64,000 bases of DNA from Myxococcota bacterium (GTDB taxonomy: Bacteria > Myxococcota_A > SURF-8), in contig CAXXQS010000002.1 in assembly GCA_963674735.2 (NCBI GenBank), positions 32,001 to 96,000 on the forward strand, written 5' to 3'. Of this stretch, positions 59,616 through 64,000 are shown piece by piece. The notes under the pieces were generated by a model. That model ran no database searches and was not told where the DNA came from. It saw nothing but the letters and a program-made list of their open reading frames with translations. The position numbers and the translations under genes are program-made. Each line of letters opens with the position of its first letter. Position 1 is the first letter of the stretch.

Positions 59616-61639
59616 GATATTAGCTTCTTCAAAATAAGGTTTTCCACGGCGTCACGGCCCAGCGCAACCTTGCGGTAGGCACTCGTCGTGAGTCTTTCCT
59701 GATGGCGAGCCATAAACGGCTCGGCATCCGTGATAAAGGCTCCGAGGATGGGAGTTCCAAGCCCTCCCAACTGACGCAGCACTCTTTCGACATGATCTTT
59801 CTTCGTCACACCCGCCCGCACGACCAGAACGATCGCATCCAGTTGCGGGACCAGTTCCATCACCTGCACGTAATCGAAGGCCGGGGGCGCATCGATCAGA
59901 ATCAGGTCGTAGCGATCCTTCAACTGGCGGAAAATCTTGGCCAATCGTTCGCTACCCAGAAAATCGAGATCGCCCGGCCGCTTGAAGCGCGCCTGGAAGC
60001 GATCGGGAAGTCCCTCTTCGGTTTTATCGATCGGACCCTCGAAGGCTTCTTCCCCCGCCAAACGACGCTCGGTAATCTGGTCTTCGGGAAGCTCGGGGAA
60101 AAGATCGGCTCCGATATACAACACCCGCTTACCGCGAGCAGCCATGACATTGGCCAGATTTTCGGTGACGGTCGTCAACCCGTTCCCGTCGGTGGTGGAA
60201 AAGAAACCGACCACCTTTTTCCCGGCCAGCTTGTTTTCGACCAACAAACTCGAAACCGTCGGCTTGTAAAGATCCGGCTCCAACAGGGGAATATCATCCC
60301 GCGCATCGGCATCATGCAGATGCTGCCCGAGAACCGGCAAACCGAAGATGCCGAAAACTTCCTTGGCCGACATCAAAACCGAGTTGAAGAACTCCAGCAG
60401 TAAAATCAGAACGATAAAAAACGCGGTGCCGCCGACCGGAATCGCCACGGCCGCAAGTTTGGCCAGCGAGCTTTCGGGTCGCGTGGGGGGACTGGCCCGC
60501 TCGATAATGCGGAATTCACCATGCGTGTCCCGCGCCGTCGCCGCCGCTTCTTCACGCCGCGACATCAAATCTCTCAGCGCCTGTTTGGAGAAGAGGTACC
60601 GCTGCTGAATCGCCGAAAACGCCTTCTCGTTGTCGGTGAAATTCTTCAGGCGCTCCTCCAGCTCTTTCTTCTGGCCGGTCAACGAATTGATGCGCCCGTA
60701 GATGGTGGCGCGCCTGACCTCGGACCGGCCCCGCTCGTCGCTGGCGACGGTCTTCAGCATGGCCTGCAGTTCTTCATTTTTCTTCTGAATACGCGGATTT
60801 TCTTCCGTGTAACGGCTCCGCAACTGATCGAGCTCTTTCCGCAGCGATTCGATCCGCTTGAGCCCCGCGCTATCGAGCCCGGCCGCACCGCCGAAAGATT
60901 TTTGACCCAGATTGTTGATTTGCCGATTGACGGCACCCAGTTCGATCTTGGCTTCTTCGATCTGGGCCTTGATTTCCGCCACCTTTTCAAGGGACAACTC
61001 GGTTTCCACATCCATCAGGACAATGCCGTGTTCTTTGCGAAACTCCGTCACCTCATCCGAGGCCGCCGCAAATTTTTCTTCGGCATCCTTAACCAGGTAG
61101 TCCAGTTTATCCAAGGCCTTCTGGGCTTCCGCACGGCGCAACTCCAACAGGTATTTCACGAACACGTCAGCCGCCAGATTCGCCACATCCATCGCTTCCT
61201 TCGGATCGGACCCGATACCGGAAATCGCGATCAGATTGGAATTCATGGCGCGCTTGAGCGTAATACGTCCGGCCAGACTTTCGAGCTCGATGTCTTCGCC
61301 GAGTTGCTCTCGGACGGATTCGAGGTTGGAGGGCAACTTGATCGTGTCGACCAAGGTATCGATATTCATGCGTGGCAGTTCGAAATGGCTGCCTTCGCCG
61401 ATCACCACCCCTTTTGGGGGCTCGATGCGCAAGACAACCGAGGTGGCCACGTACGACTGACCGCGAAGAAACAGGCCCGTTCCGACCCCTAAAGCGGCAA
61501 GCAACATAAATAAAAGCAGAAGAATGCGCCAGCGCCGTACGACGGCCAGCACATAGCGACGCCAATCCAACCGTTTGAAAAGGTCGTCCTCTTCCGAATT
61601 CCCACCATTACGCGTATCAGGCAGATACGATTCCGCCAT
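59612..61639 (-). CDS. Polysaccharide co-polymerase (Wzc/GumC-like) with degenerate kinase domain
   Basis: Two TM helices, long coiled coil, NLA..A..GKRVL, YDLILIDAPP; Walker A reads GNGLTT. Confidence 0.85.
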   Translation of the reverse strand: MAESYLPDTRNGGNSEEDDLFKRLDWRRYVLAVVRRWRILLLLFMLLAALGVGTGLFLRGQSYVATSVVLRIEPPKGVVIGEGSHFELPRMNIDTLVDTIKLPSNLESVREQLGEDIELESLAGRITLKRAMNSNLIAISGIGSDPKEAMDVANLAADVFVKYLLELRRAEAQKALDKLDYLVKDAEEKFAAASDEVTEFRKEHGIVLMDVETELSLEKVAEIKAQIEEAKIELGAVNRQINNLGQKSFGGAAGLDSAGLKRIESLRKELDQLRSRYTEENPRIQKKNEELQAMLKTVASDERGRSEVRRATIYGRINSLTGQKKELEERLKNFTDNEKAFSAIQQRYLFSKQALRDLMSRREEAAATARDTHGEFRIIERASPPTRPESSLAKLAAVAIPVGGTAFFIVLILLLEFFNSVLMSAKEVFGIFGLPVLGQHLHDADARDDIPLLEPDLYKPTVSSLLVENKLAGKKVVGFFSTTDGNGLTTVTENLANVMAARGKRVLYIGADLFPELPEDQITERRLAGEEAFEGPIDKTEEGLPDRFQARFKRPGDLDFLGSERLAKIFRQLKDRYDLILIDAPPAFDYVQVMELVPQLDAIVLVVRAGVTKKDHVERVLRQLGGLGTPILGAFITDAEPFMARHQERLTTSAYRKVALGRDAVENLILKKLIS

Positions 61640-62792
61640 GCTTCCTCACTTCGCCAGTCAAAGCCGATCGAGCCACTTTTTCCGCCGCCGCTTCCCATGA
61701 AAACAGCGCCGCCCGCCTTTTTCCTTCGGCGACCGATGCGTCCCTGAATGCTTGGTCGAATAGCCCCGTTTTCAAGGCGGTTAACATACTGTTAGTGTCG
61801 TCCGGGTCGAATAATATTCCCGCTTTACCCACGATCTCCGGCAGCGATGAACGGTTCGCGGCCACCACCGGCAAGCCGCAACTCATCGCTTCGATAGCCG
61901 GAATGCCAAACCCTTCGAAACGCGATGGAAATACAAATAAATCCGCCGAGTTATAGAAATATTGTAGCAGATTTTCATCGACAAAACCAGTAAAATGGAC
62001 GCGGTCGCTGATTTTTAGCCGCTCCACTTCTGCATAAATCGCCTCACAGCCGCTCCACTCTCCGCCGCAAAAAACCAGTCGCTGAGCCAGTTCGGGGCTT
62101 TCGGCGAGCAGCGCCGCATACGCACGTAAAAGACCGACGTGGTTCTTGCCGGGATGCTCCAGCCGCGCCACGTAAAGAATGAACGGATCGCCAAACGGAA
62201 GGGAGCCTTTCAGTCGACGACGCGCCTGTTGCTTGTCCATCGGGAAAAAGCCGTCCGCCTCGACACCGTTCCAGACAACCGTCACCCGCGCCGGATCGAC
62301 CCCGGTGGTGAGGACCATATCGGCAGCCGTCGCCTGGCTGACGGCGATCAGTTGCGGGGTTCGCCGCCACAAAAGCGGCAGCACGCGCGTGACGTAAGCC
62401 GTCCGGAAGCGGTCGTATTTATTCGGCATATGGAAAGGCGCCAGGTCGTGCACCGTAGCCATGACACGCCCCGCCCCGCGTGGCGGCAAAAGGGTCATGC
62501 GGCGGTTTCCCGCCGGTAAAAACAGGCGGTCCAAACGGTGCCGTAGAGCCAGCAGAGGAAGCACGGACAGATGCCAGACCAGGTTGGTCGGAACAGACGC
62601 CCAGCGAGAATGAATCGGTACGAACTCGCCTCCGGGCCCAAGATCCAGCAGTTTGCGCTCTTCTTCGAACCCGAAGACAATCAGGTGCAAATCCGTACGA
62701 CGCGACAGATAGAACACCATTTTACGAATATAAACGCCGATGCCCGATTGGCCTCGTTCAAGCGGCATCGCCGACATGCCGACACGCATCAT
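61617..62792 (-). CDS. Glycosyltransferase family 4
   Basis: TVHDL, KNH..L, FPSRFEGFGIPAIEAMSCG, FSWE. Confidence 0.92.
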   Translation of the reverse strand: MMRVGMSAMPLERGQSGIGVYIRKMVFYLSRRTDLHLIVFGFEEERKLLDLGPGGEFVPIHSRWASVPTNLVWHLSVLPLLALRHRLDRLFLPAGNRRMTLLPPRGAGRVMATVHDLAPFHMPNKYDRFRTAYVTRVLPLLWRRTPQLIAVSQATAADMVLTTGVDPARVTVVWNGVEADGFFPMDKQQARRRLKGSLPFGDPFILYVARLEHPGKNHVGLLRAYAALLAESPELAQRLVFCGGEWSGCEAIYAEVERLKISDRVHFTGFVDENLLQYFYNSADLFVFPSRFEGFGIPAIEAMSCGLPVVAANRSSLPEIVGKAGILFDPDDTNSMLTALKTGLFDQAFRDASVAEGKRRAALFSWEAAAEKVARSALTGEVRKHGGIVSA

Positions 62793-63997
62793 GATGGGCC
62801 TCCTTTGGGTTCGCCGCCGGATGAACGGCCCGCCATCCGGTTGAACAGGCGAATGAAGGCGCTTGCGTAATCCTCAAAACGGTAGTGTTTTTCCAAGAGT
62901 CTCCGCCCGTTGCGGCCCAGATCATGGGCCAGGCGAGGGTCTGCCAACAAGCGGTCGAGTTGCTCGGCCAAGGCGGACACCGAAGCAGGCGGAACACCCA
63001 GGCCATTCACGCCGTGCCACAACCAGTCGCGTATGCCGCCGACCGAAAAACCGACCACCGGTCGAGCCGCCGCCATGGCTTCCAGGCCCACCATGCCGAA
63101 AGGCTCGGGCCAGCGCGACGGCACCGCCACCACGGCGGCCTGTCGATAAAGGTCCAATACTTCCCCATGGGAAAGCTTCCCGAGGAACACCACCCGCTCT
63201 TCCAGCTTGAGCGTGGCGCAGAGCTTTTCAAGTTCCGGGCGCAAATTGCCCTCCCCGGCGATCAGAAGCCGCCAGGGACGCGCCAGACGGCTCAACGCTC
63301 GGATCAGAAGATCGGGGCCTTTGCCGCGTATCAACTGACCGACGAACAGCACGGTGGTCGTTTCAGCCAAGGTCGAGGGAGAAGTCACGGCCAAGTCGCC
63401 GGGTAAAGGCGGCAAAATGTGAATCGATGCAGGCGGCAGCCCATTGGCGACCAGTTCATCCCGCATGAAACGACTGGCGACCACCAGCGCATCCGCATTC
63501 AGATGGTCGTCCACATCCCGCTTTCTCTCCGCCAGACTCAAAAGCCGCACCCGTCCCGCGGCATCCTTGCCCAGCAGACACCCATGCATCACGCAGGCGG
63601 CACCGAACGGCCGCGTGCAAATCCGATGGGAGAGCGGGTAGTATTTATGGCGGCGCGGACACACCAGGTCGTGGTCGTGCACGACGCGGATAACCGGAGC
63701 GAAACGCTTCCAGTCGACGATACGCAGACCGCCGAAGGGGCGTTGAATCACGATGACGTCCGGGCGCGGCAGATCGGCGGCAAGCCGTTCAAGATCCTGC
63801 AGGCCCCCCAGTTGAACCCGATAGTCGAACGCACGGCCGAACTCGGGATCGACTTCTTCGCCTGAGGCGGTCAAGACGATCTGGCGCAGCCCCCCCTCGG
63901 CCAGCCCACGCGCCAACGCCACGGTATTGCGCTCGATCCCGCCGACCAGACGCGCATGCTCGCTGACATGCCAGACGGTGAAAGGCAAAGCCGTCAT
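62789..63997 (-). CDS. Glycosyltransferase family 4
   Basis: GGIER, HDHDLVCP, FVGQL..KG, PSRWPEPFGMVGLEAM. Confidence 0.92.
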   Translation of the reverse strand: MTALPFTVWHVSEHARLVGGIERNTVALARGLAEGGLRQIVLTASGEEVDPEFGRAFDYRVQLGGLQDLERLAADLPRPDVIVIQRPFGGLRIVDWKRFAPVIRVVHDHDLVCPRRHKYYPLSHRICTRPFGAACVMHGCLLGKDAAGRVRLLSLAERKRDVDDHLNADALVVASRFMRDELVANGLPPASIHILPPLPGDLAVTSPSTLAETTTVLFVGQLIRGKGPDLLIRALSRLARPWRLLIAGEGNLRPELEKLCATLKLEERVVFLGKLSHGEVLDLYRQAAVVAVPSRWPEPFGMVGLEAMAAARPVVGFSVGGIRDWLWHGVNGLGVPPASVSALAEQLDRLLADPRLAHDLGRNGRRLLEKHYRFEDYASAFIRLFNRMAGRSSGGEPKGGPS

Positions 63998-64000
63998 CGA

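Noticed and set aside
1804-61492. Many long antisense or overlapping ORFs (e.g. 1804-3222, 20990-22459, 23670-25271, 29581-31404, 36440-38473, 48316-49998)
   Set aside because: They lie opposite well-supported genes and are expected from high-GC codon bias

Overview
GC-rich bacterial chromosomal segment, most likely from a Myxococcota/deltaproteobacterial lineage. This is inferred from a GltG/AgmX-type TonB protein, a MYXO-CTERM-like tail and many DGD-repeat lipoproteins; a 2-hydroxyacyl-CoA dehydratase/activase system suggests it can live anaerobically. From left to right: GT-C glycosyltransferase; split IPCT/DIPPS-like pair; two alpha/beta hydrolases; three truncated Rhs toxin-immunity modules separated by a shared palindromic spacer and GTAG-type REPs; REC3-GGDEF cyclase; RHH protein; three Cys-rich acidic lipoproteins; dnaK divergent from grpE and a frameshifted cbpA/dnaJ; CoA transferase with a dehydratase operon; AT-rich pentapeptide gene; atypical tRNA-fMet; RRM protein; acyl-CoA ligase; AT-rich gene between two 232-bp multi-hairpin direct repeats; XRE regulator, VIT-vWA and GltG-like genes; orphan RND adaptor; a cyanobactin-type (PatF/LynF/PagF-like) prenyltransferase coupled to a B12-radical SAM gene; thioesterase and GT39; HTH-PilZ regulator; surface protein; hybrid kinase, STAS and RsbW; and an exopolysaccharide operon cut by the right edge. 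The strongest candidates for novelty are the prenyltransferase/radical SAM pair and the REP-bounded cassette-like modules. All family calls come from recognising motifs by eye; no database searches were run.
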